From contig CALVJA010000006.1 in NCBI GenBank assembly GCA_944331875.1, positions 1,822 through 65,821 on the forward strand: a stretch of DNA of 64,000 bases. The letters are read 5' to 3'. This DNA comes from an uncultured Clostridia bacterium. Lineage in GTDB: Bacteria > Bacillota > Clostridia > Christensenellales > DTU072. The notes under the pieces were generated by a model. The model was not told the origin of the DNA. It did not search any database and saw nothing but the letters and a program-made list of their open reading frames with translations. Shown here one piece after another: positions 1 to 10,099 of the stretch; the stretch's first letter is position 1; the number at the start of each line of letters is the position of its first letter. A program made the translations under genes and the position numbers.

Positions 1-720
1 GCCGGTCAGGGTGCCGGTGACTTTGCCGAAAAGCCCGACGGGGAGATAGTTATACTCCTCGTCCTGCTCCAGATTCGAAATGCGCATTCCGGATATGACG
101 TAGCCGTTGCCGTCGAAAGAGCCCGAAAACTCCTCGCCCGCGGCAAATCCGCCGATGGGCTCCCAGCCCTTGTAGTTTCCGTCCGCGTCCGTTTCGCCCT
201 GCCAGGAGCTAAGATCTATGTTGTTGACCAGAACGTAGCTTGCCGAGGGCGCGAGGCGTATCGCGTCGAGCTCCTCCGCCGTAGATATCCTGATGACGTC
301 TGCGGACACCCACTTCGCGTATATGACGGTGTTCGCGGTCAGTCTGTCACCCACCGAAGCTTTGTCGCCGGTGAGCGAGGAATTGTAATACCATCCCTCG
401 AACGTATGCCCGTTAAGCCCCACGGGCGGCGCCGCAAGCATCTCGGCGGTCAGGCTGACGACCTCGGTATACGATGTGTCGTCGGGCTGTCCGTTGTTGT
501 ATACGCGCCTCAGGGAATACGTCACCTGTACGGGAGGGTCGGTATCGTTTAATTGCGTTATCCCCGGCACGTTGCCGACGGACGCCGTTTTAGTTGCGCC
601 GTCCGAAACGGATTTCGCGCAGCCGACCAGAAGCGCCGCCGCAAGCGACAGCACGGTAAGCAGTGCGATTATCGAGATTATGCCGCGTCTTTTGACGCGC
701 CCGTACGCGTGCTTTTTCAT
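1..720 (-). CDS. Cell-surface lipoprotein, partial (C-terminus lies beyond window start); Listeria-Bacteroides-type repeat plus GLUG-like region
   Basis: Manual minus-strand translation from ATG at 718-720 gives MKKHAYGRVKRRGIISIIALLTVLSLAAALLVGC (signal peptide + lipobox). This is followed by a GHTFEGWYYNS...VIYAKW repeat signature and FSGSFDGNGYVISGMRISNL / VGLFGKV GLUG-like motifs. I translated 301-720 codon by codon with no stop and read the remainder to position 1 as open. It is absent from the ORF track because no stop lies in the window. Confidence 0.6.
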   Translation of the reverse strand, partial: MKKHAYGRVKRRGIISIIALLTVLSLAAALLVGCAKSVSDGATKTASVGNVPGITQLNDTDPPVQVTYSLRRVYNNGQPDDTSYTEVVSLTAEMLAAPPVGLNGHTFEGWYYNSSLTGDKASVGDRLTANTVIYAKWVSADVIRISTAEELDAIRLAPSASYVLVNNIDLSSWQGETDADGNYKGWEPIGGFAAGEEFSGSFDGNGYVISGMRISNLEQDEEYNYLPVGLFGKVTGTLTG

Positions 721-794
721 ACGCGCATATTATAACATACGCCCCGGCGTTTGGCAAGGGGGAATTTTCCGGACAAAGGAGTTAAAATTCGCTA

Positions 795-823
795 TTGACT
801 GAACGGAAAATTCGTTTTATACT
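795..823 (+). promoter_or_regulatory. Sigma-A-type promoter for the transketolase operon
   Basis: TTGACT (795-800), 17-nt spacer, TATACT (818-823), about 85 nt upstream of the ATG at 910. Confidence 0.5.
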
Positions 824-909
824 TAATTCAGGCGTTAAACGGCGTCTTTATCGACTTTTGAAAGACAAAGCGTAATGCCGATAAGTAAAATTTTGGAGGG
901 CAAAGCAAA

Positions 910-1746
910 ATGCCGAAAGACATTTCCGTTTCCGAGCTTAAAAAGAAAGCTAAGGAACTGCGGCTGAATATCGTAAAAACAGCCAACTTCGCGGGTTCCG
1001 GGCATCTGGGCGGTTCGTTAAGCTGCGCCGACGTTCTGGCGGCTCTTTATTTCAAATATCTGAACGTCGATCCGCGCGACCCGGATAAGTTCGACCGCGA
1101 CAGATTCATCCTCAGTAAAGGTCACTGCGCGCTGGCGTATGTGCCGTGCCTGGCGATGGCGGGGTTCGTGCCGATGGATTCTCTGGAGCACTTCAACCAC
1201 TACGAATCGCCCTACGGCATGCACCCGGATTCCAAAAAGGTGCGCGGCTGCGACGCTTCTACGGGTTCCTTGGGACACGGGCTTCCTATGGGCGTCGGAA
1301 TGGCGCTGGGGCTCAGGTACCAGGGAAACCTCACATCCAAAGTCGTCGTGCTGATGGGCGACGGCGAGCAGGACGAAGGGAGCGTATGGGAAGGCGCCAT
1401 GTCTGCGCACCACTTCAAACTCAAAAACGTCATCGCGATAGTAGACCGCAACAAGATGATGATCGACGGCAGGACCGAGGACGTCATGAGCATTGAACCC
1501 ATCGACAAAAAGTACGAGGCGTTCGGCTTCGAGGTCATCGTATGCAACGGAAACGACATGGCGGAGGTGGACGCGGCTCTCGCAAAAGCCTGGGCGAACG
1601 ACACCGATAAACCGGTATGCATAATCGCGAACACCGAAAAAGGTTACGGGGTCAAGCGCTTCCAAGGCAACGTCAAGTGGCACTACGGAGCAATGAACTC
1701 CGATCTGTTCAAAGAAGCGGTCGCCGACATCGAGGCGATGGACTAA
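910..1746 (+). CDS. Transketolase, N-terminal (TPP-binding) subunit of a split transketolase
   Basis: 278-aa ORF with GHLGGSLS, ILSKGHCALAY and MGDGEQDEGSVWE motifs. RBS GGAGGG lies upstream, and the C-terminal-half gene follows directly. Confidence 0.9.
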   Translation: MPKDISVSELKKKAKELRLNIVKTANFAGSGHLGGSLSCADVLAALYFKYLNVDPRDPDKFDRDRFILSKGHCALAYVPCLAMAGFVPMDSLEHFNHYESPYGMHPDSKKVRGCDASTGSLGHGLPMGVGMALGLRYQGNLTSKVVVLMGDGEQDEGSVWEGAMSAHHFKLKNVIAIVDRNKMMIDGRTEDVMSIEPIDKKYEAFGFEVIVCNGNDMAEVDAALAKAWANDTDKPVCIIANTEKGYGVKRFQGNVKWHYGAMNSDLFKEAVADIEAMD

Positions 1747-1760
1747 AGGAGGGTACATCA

Positions 1761-2768
1761 ATGGCTGAAGGCACTACTTGGACAACTTACGACGCCAACA
1801 AAATGACGTCAAAGGAAATATACGGCAAAGTCCTGGCGGAGCTGGGCGAGACCAACGACAAGATAGTCGGCGTCACCGCCGACCTCGCGAAATCGACGAA
1901 TATCGGTAACTTCGGCGACAAATTCCCCGACAGATTGTTTAACGTGGGTATCGCCGAACAGAACCTGTTCGGAGTCGCCGCGGGGCTTGCGAAGACGGGG
2001 CTTATCCCCTTCGCGTCGACGTTTGCGATATTCGCGTGCCTTAGGGGCGGCGAACAGGTCAGAACGGATATAGCGTATCAGAATCTTCCCGTAAAGATAA
2101 TCGCGACGCACGGGGGCTTGAGTTTCGGCCCCGCCGGTACGACGCACCACTGCACCGAGGACTACGCGATAATGCGCGCCATAGCGAACATGACCGTGGT
2201 CATACCCGCGGACGGTTTCGAGACCGCAAAAGCGGTGCGTGCCTGCATAGACGTCCCCGGACCTTTCTATATGCGCGTCGGCAGAGGCTTCGAACCGCCG
2301 CTCCACGACGACGAGAATTTCGAATTCGTCATCGGCAAGGCGATGAAACTGCACGAGGGAAGCGACCTCACAATTATCACCTGCGGCACCCCCACGCTGC
2401 AGGCGCTGGAAGCGGCTAAGGACCTCGAGGCGGAGGGAATAAGCGTCCGAGTCATCAACATGCATACCTTAAAACCCATAGACAGGGACGCTATAATGGA
2501 AGCCGTCGTCGATACGCGCCGCATTCTGACGGTCGAGGAACACAACATAATCGGCGGGCTCGGAGACGCGGTCGCGGCGGTCATCGCCGAATCGGGAAAA
2601 GGATGCGCGTTCACCAAACTCGGCATACCCGACGAGTACGGCGTCATCGGCTACCCCGAGGACCTGTACGCCAGGTACAAACTGGACGCCACCGGCATCC
2701 AGGAGACCGTCAAGGAGCTGCTCGGCAAGGAAATAGAAGCCGACGAGGACTGGACGGACGAAGACTAG
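1761..2768 (+). CDS. Transketolase, C-terminal (pyrimidine-binding/regulatory) subunit
   Basis: The tracked ORF starts at 1617, but the ATG at 1761 (MAEGTTWTTYD...) is preceded by AAGGAGGG and lies 12 nt after the upstream stop. The sequence shows NVGIAEQN and a typical split-Tkt C-half. Confidence 0.9.
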   Translation: MAEGTTWTTYDANKMTSKEIYGKVLAELGETNDKIVGVTADLAKSTNIGNFGDKFPDRLFNVGIAEQNLFGVAAGLAKTGLIPFASTFAIFACLRGGEQVRTDIAYQNLPVKIIATHGGLSFGPAGTTHHCTEDYAIMRAIANMTVVIPADGFETAKAVRACIDVPGPFYMRVGRGFEPPLHDDENFEFVIGKAMKLHEGSDLTIITCGTPTLQALEAAKDLEAEGISVRVINMHTLKPIDRDAIMEAVVDTRRILTVEEHNIIGGLGDAVAAVIAESGKGCAFTKLGIPDEYGVIGYPEDLYARYKLDATGIQETVKELLGKEIEADEDWTDED

Positions 2769-2777
2769 GAGGCGACG

Positions 2778-3716
2778 ATGGTGAATATTGCAAACTCACA
2801 GGACGTTCTGGCTGCCGAATTGTATTTCCGCGCCGCGTTCCCCGCGATGAAAATACCGCTGACGGAGGACCCGAAACAGGCGGCGAAATTCGATAACATC
2901 AACGCCGTCGTCGAGTTCAAAGCGGCGGACGACGAACATCCGCTGGCGTGCCATATCGTCTTTTTGACGGAACAAAAAGCCGCGGAATTTACCGAGATCC
3001 TGCAAAAAGAGGATCCGGAGGCAAAACCCGTGCCGCGCTTCAAGGTGTATCAGGGCGAATACGACGGGCGCTACGAGGGCGTAGACAAAATAACGTTCGC
3101 TTTCAAATCCATAAAGAGCCTTCTCGGCGTTTTCAAGGGTAATTCTCCTCTCGAAATGCTGGGTATCGTCGCGCCGCTGATGAAAAACATATTCAAAAAG
3201 GCGACTCTTCCCTTCCTGTTCCTGATGCTCTCGCTGACGAAGATGATGCCGAACAACAATCCCGGGCCCGACGAGCCGTGGGAACAGTATCTGAAGGTCA
3301 AAATGTCGCTGTACATGATAACGACGGCGATGTCGCAGGCGAATAAACTCGGCTGGGAACCCCTGAAAAATTGGATGGCGAAGCAGACTGACAGGATATA
3401 TCAGTTCAAGGTGGGCGCCACCGCGGACGCGGCGGGAAAGGAGATATATCCCCCGATCGCCGCATACCTAAGGGTAAAAGCGGGAAAGTCCAAAGCGGGC
3501 AGAGGCGAATACACCAGAAAACGCCCCTTCGTTTTGTTCGATTTCCCCAATCCCGACGGCTGCCTGGCGGTGCTGTCGGGTAGATACGAGTTCGTGGAGG
3601 CGGCGACGAAAGGCTGTATCACCGTTATAGGAGCGGGCGACTCGTACGCGGTGCAGTTCAACAATCTGATGACACAGCTTCAAAACATGCTGATACCCTC
3701 GAAGTTCGTCAAATAA
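2778..3716 (+). CDS. Hypothetical protein, possibly two SCP2/sterol-carrier-like halves
   Basis: 312-aa ORF starting 7 nt after the transketolase stop, with RBS AGGAGG. The C-terminal segment FPNPDGCLAVLSGRYEFVEAATKGCITVIGAGDSYAVQFNNLM resembles the SCP2 fold. I recognise no catalytic motif. Confidence 0.5.
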   Translation: MVNIANSQDVLAAELYFRAAFPAMKIPLTEDPKQAAKFDNINAVVEFKAADDEHPLACHIVFLTEQKAAEFTEILQKEDPEAKPVPRFKVYQGEYDGRYEGVDKITFAFKSIKSLLGVFKGNSPLEMLGIVAPLMKNIFKKATLPFLFLMLSLTKMMPNNNPGPDEPWEQYLKVKMSLYMITTAMSQANKLGWEPLKNWMAKQTDRIYQFKVGATADAAGKEIYPPIAAYLRVKAGKSKAGRGEYTRKRPFVLFDFPNPDGCLAVLSGRYEFVEAATKGCITVIGAGDSYAVQFNNLMTQLQNMLIPSKFVK

Positions 3717-3744
3717 CAAAGCTCATCACTCTTTCCTTTTTTCG

Positions 3745-3777
3745 AACGGGCGACGCGATATGCGCCGCCCGTTTTTT
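3745..3777 (+). terminator. Intrinsic terminator after the transketolase operon
   Basis: AACGGGCG(a)CGC gatat GCG(c)CGCCCGTT stem followed by a T-run (3771-3777). Confidence 0.7.
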
Positions 3778-3906
3778 GTCCGCATTGATCTATTTTAAGT
3801 AGCTTTAGCTACACTTTAAGCGCTGAAAGCATCTGATGTACTCGCTTAACGCGTCCGACGTCGTAAAAGAATTTGTCACCGAAGTGGAATCGCTTATAAA
3901 TATACC

Positions 3907-3939
3907 TAAAAAATAGGCGCCGCGTTTTAATGCGGCGCC
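3907..3939 (-). terminator. Intrinsic terminator after the GH38 gene
   Basis: The minus strand reads GGCGCCGC attaaaac GCGGCGCC followed by TATTTTTT. Confidence 0.7.
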
Positions 3940-3965
3940 ACATCGATCTTTTCTTTTTTCCGTAA

Positions 3966-6926
3966 TTACGGTACTATCTTGAATGTCTTTATCTCGAAGG
4001 GTTTGAAAGTGACGTCCCTAAGCGACGCTTCGCCCGATACGTTTTCGAGAAGATCCGTTTCGTATACTTTCCCTTCTATAGCGCCTGTTATGCTTGCGGT
4101 GCGCTCCGAGCCGGAATCCTCGTATGCGCGCACGATAACGCCCTCGCCGTCCTCGGAGCGTTTTATCGTTTCTATCACTATATGAGTATCCGAGGATACG
4201 AAAACCGGGGGTATATCGAGTTTGCATTCGAATATGGCGGGTCGGTTGTTGTACAGGTACGCCTGCTTTTGGACCTCTGCGTCGTTGTAGGATCCCTCGT
4301 GCGGATAGAGCGCGTAGGATATGTTGTGCACGCCCTTGTCCGCGTCGGGCGCCGGGAACATCGGGCTGCGCAAAAGGTTCAGGGAGATGAGTCCTTCTTT
4401 GACCCTGTAGCCGTATTTACCGTCGGTGATGACCGCTATCCCCGCGTTTTCGCCGACGTCTATCCACTTATGCGCGCAAATTTCGAACTGCGCTTTTTCT
4501 ATCTTGGTCCTGTCGCCCGTGGAGCGTTTGATATTGCCCATCTGGATGTCGCAGGTCACCTCGGGCGAGAACACCGCGGGACGGAAATCGGCGCGGAGCA
4601 TCTTGTGCGTTTCCTGCCAGTCCACCGTCGTCACGAAGTCGATGAGGGGTTTGCCTAAAGTCAGCACCACTTTCTGGATTATCTGCGAGCGGTGGTAACG
4701 GTACACGTTTTCGCGCGTCACGGTGCAGTCGGTCACCTTTACCGACGAGTCCACCAGCTTGAATTCGCGCGGCGCGTGTTTAGTGTAGTTTATGCTGATG
4801 TCCCATGCGTTGTAATACAGGCGTTTGTCCCTGTAGACGTTCAATTTGTTCAGATAGCCGGCGCAATACTCCCTTCCCGATTCCTTTGCGATGAGACTTT
4901 TTATATTACCGTACGGGTCGAATTCTATTTTGTAAAGATCCGATTCGATATGGTTCGCTGAGGCCTTGAGCGGCGACTTTTGGGGCGGCGTATACGGCTC
5001 CAAAGCGCCCGCGGAATAGGGTTTTAATTTCAGTTTATACCACGCGTCCTTGTACAAAACGGGATATTCCGCTTCGTAAGAGGTGTAGTTTACGGCGCTG
5101 AGCCCCTCTTCCCCGTCGGACAGCACTTTGAGCGCTTCTTTTCTGATCTTTACAAGATCCTCGAGCATCTTCTCGTATCTTGCGACCGATTCGTCGTACA
5201 CCCTTGCGATGGACGAGCCGGGGATTATGTCGTGGAATTGGTACAACAATACCTCTTTCCATATCTCGTCCAGAGCCTCTTTCGGGTACTCCATTCCCTT
5301 TTTCTCGGCAAGCGCCAGCAAAAATTCGGTGTTGTGCAGCGAAAATTCGATCCTGCGGTTCAGCAGTTTGTTCTTCGCCTGCGTGGTATATGTGCCCTGG
5401 TGCTTTTCCAGATACAGCTCGCCTTTGTGCCTTACGAGTTTATCTTCGTCCTGTTTGAAGCGGTCGAAAAGCGTTATCGCCTCGGAGAATCTGACCTCGG
5501 GAAGCCCTTTCATCCTCTTTGCGCGCGACATCATCTCGATGTGCCCTTCGCCGGGTCCGCCGCCGCCGTCGCCCACGCCGTACAATACGCCGAAATAATT
5601 CAGCTTATCTTTTTCGGGATAGTTTTTGAGGGCGTTATGGAACGTCCAGGCGTTGCCCTCGGAGTTGTATGTTTCGTCGGGCGGCATGTGCACGATGACG
5701 GAGGATGAATCTATCCCCTCCCATATAAAGGTGCGGTGCGGGAACTTGTTATGTTCGTTCCAACTCAGTTTTATCGTCTCGAAATAGTCCATACCGCACT
5801 TTTTGAGTATCTGCGGCAGGTTCCCCGAAAATCCGAACACATCCGGCAGCCAGCACATCCGCATATCGCGCCCGAATTTTTCGCGCCAATAGCGTTTGCC
5901 GTACAGGTTCTGACGTATAAGGCTCTCGCCCGAGGGGACGTTTGTATCGCATTCGACCCACATGCCGCCCTGTATCTCGAGCTGCCCGGACTCTATCTTT
6001 TCCTTCAGTTTCAGGAAAAGCTCGGGGTATTTTTTCTCTATCCACTCGAACTGCTGCGGCTGCGAGGCGCCGAAGATGTATTCGGGATATTTGTCCATGT
6101 TGTAAAGCTGGTTCGTAAACGTCCTGACCGCCTTCCTCTTCGTTTCGCGTATCGGCCACAGCCACGCGAGATCGAGGTGCGCGTGCCCCGTCGAATATGC
6201 GGTAAAGGGAAGTTTTTCCCCGGTGTCCATTTCCTTTTCCGTCACCGCTTTCGCCGCCGCGGGGTCGTTCTCTTTCAACACGAGGCGTATAGCCTCTTTT
6301 ACGCTGCGCGCAATGCTCTTTTGCTTCGGATCCTGCTTTTGGGTCACCGATTGCTGGAATAATAGCGCCAAAACGTCGTAATATACGGCTTTTATCTCGT
6401 CGTTCACGACGACGATGTCCGCCTGGGCGAGCTTCGCGGTGATGACTTTGTCGGTGGGTTTATGATTGTTACCCGCGTCCATGAACCAATCGATCTCCTC
6501 GCCGCCCTCGGCGCGCTCCGCGATTTCGAAATAGCGTTTGCCGATATGCGGCTGCGCGAAGTCTATAAACGCGCCGATGTCGCTTATGCCCTTTACGGGT
6601 CTTCCTTCCTTGTCGTAGATGAGCCCTTCGCCCCTGTCGCCGATGAGAAGCGCCACTCTGCGCCCTGCGGCGGACTCGGGGATCTTTCCGGTGAACCTGA
6701 ACCACGCGGAGCCGTAGCACTCCGCCGACCATATCTGCCCTTTATGTACGGGGCGGTACTCGAGGGAGTCCTTTTCCTCGAACGGTACGGGTTCCGAACT
6801 CGGCGAATACACCGCGTCCAGACTGCCGACCTTGGTGTAGCAGGCGCTTCTCAGCTTCCTCAAGGAGCCCATTATGCCCATTCTAAGAGCGAATTTGATG
6901 ATGTTAACGACGTAATTTCTGTCCAT
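3966..6926 (-). CDS. GH38 alpha-mannosidase
   Basis: 986-aa ORF. The HAHLDLAWLWPIRETKRK and WLPDVFGFSGNLPQI motifs are typical of glycoside hydrolase family 38. Confidence 0.85.
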   Translation of the reverse strand: MDRNYVVNIIKFALRMGIMGSLRKLRSACYTKVGSLDAVYSPSSEPVPFEEKDSLEYRPVHKGQIWSAECYGSAWFRFTGKIPESAAGRRVALLIGDRGEGLIYDKEGRPVKGISDIGAFIDFAQPHIGKRYFEIAERAEGGEEIDWFMDAGNNHKPTDKVITAKLAQADIVVVNDEIKAVYYDVLALLFQQSVTQKQDPKQKSIARSVKEAIRLVLKENDPAAAKAVTEKEMDTGEKLPFTAYSTGHAHLDLAWLWPIRETKRKAVRTFTNQLYNMDKYPEYIFGASQPQQFEWIEKKYPELFLKLKEKIESGQLEIQGGMWVECDTNVPSGESLIRQNLYGKRYWREKFGRDMRMCWLPDVFGFSGNLPQILKKCGMDYFETIKLSWNEHNKFPHRTFIWEGIDSSSVIVHMPPDETYNSEGNAWTFHNALKNYPEKDKLNYFGVLYGVGDGGGGPGEGHIEMMSRAKRMKGLPEVRFSEAITLFDRFKQDEDKLVRHKGELYLEKHQGTYTTQAKNKLLNRRIEFSLHNTEFLLALAEKKGMEYPKEALDEIWKEVLLYQFHDIIPGSSIARVYDESVARYEKMLEDLVKIRKEALKVLSDGEEGLSAVNYTSYEAEYPVLYKDAWYKLKLKPYSAGALEPYTPPQKSPLKASANHIESDLYKIEFDPYGNIKSLIAKESGREYCAGYLNKLNVYRDKRLYYNAWDISINYTKHAPREFKLVDSSVKVTDCTVTRENVYRYHRSQIIQKVVLTLGKPLIDFVTTVDWQETHKMLRADFRPAVFSPEVTCDIQMGNIKRSTGDRTKIEKAQFEICAHKWIDVGENAGIAVITDGKYGYRVKEGLISLNLLRSPMFPAPDADKGVHNISYALYPHEGSYNDAEVQKQAYLYNNRPAIFECKLDIPPVFVSSDTHIVIETIKRSEDGEGVIVRAYEDSGSERTASITGAIEGKVYETDLLENVSGEASLRDVTFKPFEIKTFKIVP

Positions 6927-6944
6927 ATTCTCTCCTGTCCCTCG

Positions 6945-6987
6945 AAAAACAAGGCGCGTATAGTATTTTTATGATACCATACGCGCC
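6945..6987 (-). terminator. Intrinsic terminator after the pot operon
   Basis: The minus strand reads GGCGCGTAT (17-nt loop) ATACGCGCC followed by TTGTTTTT. Confidence 0.55.
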
Positions 6988-7061
6988 CGCGCATTACAAG
7001 ATTAAATTTTAAGGATCTGAAGTTATTCCTTATCCGAGTCGGTATCTTCGTCCGCGTCTTT

Positions 7062-8483
7062 TTACGCTTCGCCGTCGCTTTCCTCGTCCTCGCTTTCGTC
7101 GTCAGAGTCGGCGGCTCCGCCCGTTCCGGCAGCGGCAACAGAGCTTCCCGCCGATACGCGGCGTACGCTTCCTTTCTTTCTGACGATGAAGTATATGCCG
7201 ACTCCTATCGCCGCGGCGCCCACTACGCCTATGACTACCCAGAGTATCCACATAAGATCGGCGGCGTCTGGGCTCTTGACCCTTTCCCACATGGCGATAG
7301 CCGCTTCGTTCCTGTCGCCGAAGTCCTTCATGACGCCGAGATTCGCCTGGGAGATGTCGGGGTAGCGTATCGCGTCGCCGAAAAATTCGTCGGCGGTGTA
7401 ATCGTTCTCGGCGAGTATGCCCATAGCCGTTTCGTCATCTCTCAGAGAATCCGCGGAAAGCGCCGAGGTGTAGCCGATGAACATCGAATTCGCCATGGCG
7501 ACTTCGGGACGGCACAGATAATCGAGGAACAGGTACGCGTTATCCACGTTCGCGGCGTTTTTGGGGATCGCCCAGCCGTCGAACCAGATGTTGCCGCCTA
7601 TTTTGGGTACGAAATAATCGAGAGAGTCGGAGTCCTCCATCGCATAAAGCGCGTCGCCCGACCACGCGAGGTCCACATAGGCGGTGCCGTTCACCATGTC
7701 GGTTTTGCCGAAGTCTACCTCATATCCCGCGATGACTTCCTTTTGTTCCGTGAACACTTCCTCCGCCGCAGCAAGGAGTGTGTCGTCTATCGTATTGATA
7801 AGCTCCTCTATCGAAAGGCTCTCGTAGCCCGCGGGAAGTCTGTCGTTCTCCTTCAGGTACAGTACCGCCGCAACGAAAGCGTCGCGCACGGAGTCTTTCA
7901 TCAGGATCCTGCCGTCGAGCGCGTCGTTTTCCGCCGCGTTCCAAAGTATGCCGTAGCCCTCGGCAAGGTCCGCGTCCGTCACTACCTCAGTGTTGTACAG
8001 TATACCGAGCGTGCCCCACATATACGGAACGAAATAATCGCTCATGGATTCCGTTTCCCCTACTTCGGGAACCGAAATTCCGGTAAACACCTGATTGACC
8101 TTTTCGTATATGCGGGAATCGACGTTGCCGATGTTTGTTAGTCTCGTCATGTCGAGCTTCTGCAGAAGTCCCTTCTGCATCAGCCGCTGTATCGCGTATT
8201 CGCTGGGGCAGATGAGGTCCACCGCTTCGCTGCCGAGTTCGATGGTGGTCAGCATCACTTCGTTGGTGTCGTAGGTTGAGTACGTTACGTCGATGCCGTA
8301 TTCTTGTTCGAACGCCTCGATAATATCTTCGTCGATGTAATCGCCCCAGTTGTACACGACGAGCGTACCTCCCGCCGCCGAGGCGCTCATCCCGGCGCCC
8401 GTGCCGACGGCGCCCGTTACGAATACCGCCGCAAATACCGCGAGCATCATCGCCGCGGAAATAAGTTTACCTGCTCTTTTCAT
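7062..8483 (-). CDS. potD: Spermidine/putrescine ABC transporter substrate-binding protein with C-terminal TM anchor and acidic tail
   Basis: 473 aa. It has an N-terminal signal-like segment and a PotD-like body (LVVYNWGDYID, YFVPKIGGNIWFDGWAIPK). Extra C-terminal features are the hydrophobic helix MWILWVVIGVVGAAAIGVGIYFIV, then RKK, then the tail ADSDDESEDEESDGEA. Confidence 0.85.
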   Translation of the reverse strand: MKRAGKLISAAMMLAVFAAVFVTGAVGTGAGMSASAAGGTLVVYNWGDYIDEDIIEAFEQEYGIDVTYSTYDTNEVMLTTIELGSEAVDLICPSEYAIQRLMQKGLLQKLDMTRLTNIGNVDSRIYEKVNQVFTGISVPEVGETESMSDYFVPYMWGTLGILYNTEVVTDADLAEGYGILWNAAENDALDGRILMKDSVRDAFVAAVLYLKENDRLPAGYESLSIEELINTIDDTLLAAAEEVFTEQKEVIAGYEVDFGKTDMVNGTAYVDLAWSGDALYAMEDSDSLDYFVPKIGGNIWFDGWAIPKNAANVDNAYLFLDYLCRPEVAMANSMFIGYTSALSADSLRDDETAMGILAENDYTADEFFGDAIRYPDISQANLGVMKDFGDRNEAAIAMWERVKSPDAADLMWILWVVIGVVGAAAIGVGIYFIVRKKGSVRRVSAGSSVAAAGTGGAADSDDESEDEESDGEA

Positions 8484-9291
8484 TATTTTTCTCCTTTTTG
8501 CGCCCCTCCTTCTTGTACGAGCGCACGTTGATCAAAAGTACTATCCCCACAACTGCCACGATTATGATGGAGAAGACGGGGAGCCAATACGGCCGCATCC
8601 CGCCGGCGGTCCTCAGCGACGAATACAGATACGTCGAAAGGGTATCCACGCCCGAAGAAGCGCCCTTGGTGAGCTGCGTTATGATGAAGTCGTCCAGGGA
8701 TATCGTAAACGCCATCGCGAATCCCGACAGCACCCCGGGAAGTATGTACGGGACGACCACCTTTATCATCGCCTTTACGGGCGAAGCGCCGAGGTCCAGC
8801 GCCGCCTCGTAGATGTTGGGATCCATCTGCATGAGGCGCGGCATCACCGACAAAACGACGTACGGCGTGCAGAAGGTGATGTGACCGAGTATCAGTCTGA
8901 CGTAGGCGTTTTCTATCCGGAGCGTGGCGAAAAAGAGCATAAGCGACACCGCCATGACTATCTCGGAATTGATTATCGGGAGCTGGTTGACGTTCTCGAC
9001 TATGCGGCGGGATCTAGGCTTCATGTTGTAGATGCCTACCGCGGCGACGGAGCCTATAGCGGTAGCCGCCACCGAGCTCACCACCGCTATTATTACGGTA
9101 TTGACGAGGGAATCCCACAGCTTTTGCGGCGCGGCGGTGAACAGCTGGACGTAGGAATCGAATGTAAACCCGTCCGTAAACGTAAAGCGCGACGAACCGG
9201 AGAACGAAAACACGATGACCATGATTATCGGCAGGTACATCAGCGCCAGTATCAGGAATATATATCCTCTTTCGGCGATCTTTTTTACCAT
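8467..9291 (-). CDS. potC: Spermidine/putrescine ABC transporter permease
   Basis: 274-aa polytopic membrane ORF of the binding-protein-dependent permease type, overlapping both potD and potB. Confidence 0.85.
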   Translation of the reverse strand: MVKKIAERGYIFLILALMYLPIIMVIVFSFSGSSRFTFTDGFTFDSYVQLFTAAPQKLWDSLVNTVIIAVVSSVAATAIGSVAAVGIYNMKPRSRRIVENVNQLPIINSEIVMAVSLMLFFATLRIENAYVRLILGHITFCTPYVVLSVMPRLMQMDPNIYEAALDLGASPVKAMIKVVVPYILPGVLSGFAMAFTISLDDFIITQLTKGASSGVDTLSTYLYSSLRTAGGMRPYWLPVFSIIIVAVVGIVLLINVRSYKKEGRKKEKNNEKSR

Positions 9292-10099
9292 ACGTTTCTC
9301 GGCGCCTCCCCTTTATTCGCCCGGTTCATGAAGAAGTTCAATATCAGAACGAACGCGAGCATGATAAGACTCATGACGGAACCCGTGCCGTACAGCTGGT
9401 GCGTAAACCTGAGGTTTATCGAATCACCGAACATCAACACGGTGTTATTGGAGAGCATCCCCGATATCGCAAACGCGGAAATGGTCGGGATGAAAACCAT
9501 CGTGACTCCGCTGAGTATCCCGGGTATGGAGAGCGGCAGCGTCGAACGCAGGAAAGTCTGCACACTGTTGCAGCCGAGGTCCTTCGCCGCCTCCGCGTAA
9601 CTCGGGTCGATATTGGATATCGTCGTGTGCAGAGGCATTATCATATAAGGTATAAAGTTATATACCATACCCACTATTACCGTGCCGATGCCGAGCGTAA
9701 CGTCCAGGGAATCGAATATCGATTTCAGCGCGTACGTGCGTATCAGAAAGTTGACCCACATCGGCAGGATTATCAAAAGCACTATTATGCTCCCCGACGA
9801 CCATTTAGACAGGATATAGGCTACCGGATAGCCGATAACGAGGCACAAAACCGTAGTTATCACGCCTACCGCAAGGGACATACCGAGAACTCTCAGACTG
9901 ACGTCGTCGGTGAAAAAGGATTTGAAGTTGTCGAACGTGAAGCCGCCCTCGGTATCCAGAAACGCGTTGACCAACAGTATGATGAGAGGCGCCACGACGA
10001 ACGCCAGCATGAACAGCACATACGGGTAGGCGAAGACCCTTCTCGTCAGACGGAAGTTTTTGATCTTCGATATTCCTTTTCCGAAAAATTCCTTTGCTT

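Noticed and set aside
1617-1760. N-terminal extensions of tracked ORFs (1617 for the transketolase C-subunit, 10241 for potB, 12174 for the regulator, 24390 for the DUF5058-like protein, 55263 for the FGGY kinase).
   Set aside because: The extensions are Arg/His-rich, overlap the upstream gene or a promoter -10 box, and lack an RBS. Internal ATGs have good SD sequences and match family N-termini.
3786-3800. ATTGATCTATTTTAAG resembling the first 8 nt of the T-element TIR, in the tkt/GH38 convergent gap.
   Set aside because: Only 8 nt match, with no partner TIR and no HP1 or CATAAGG context. This is probably chance.
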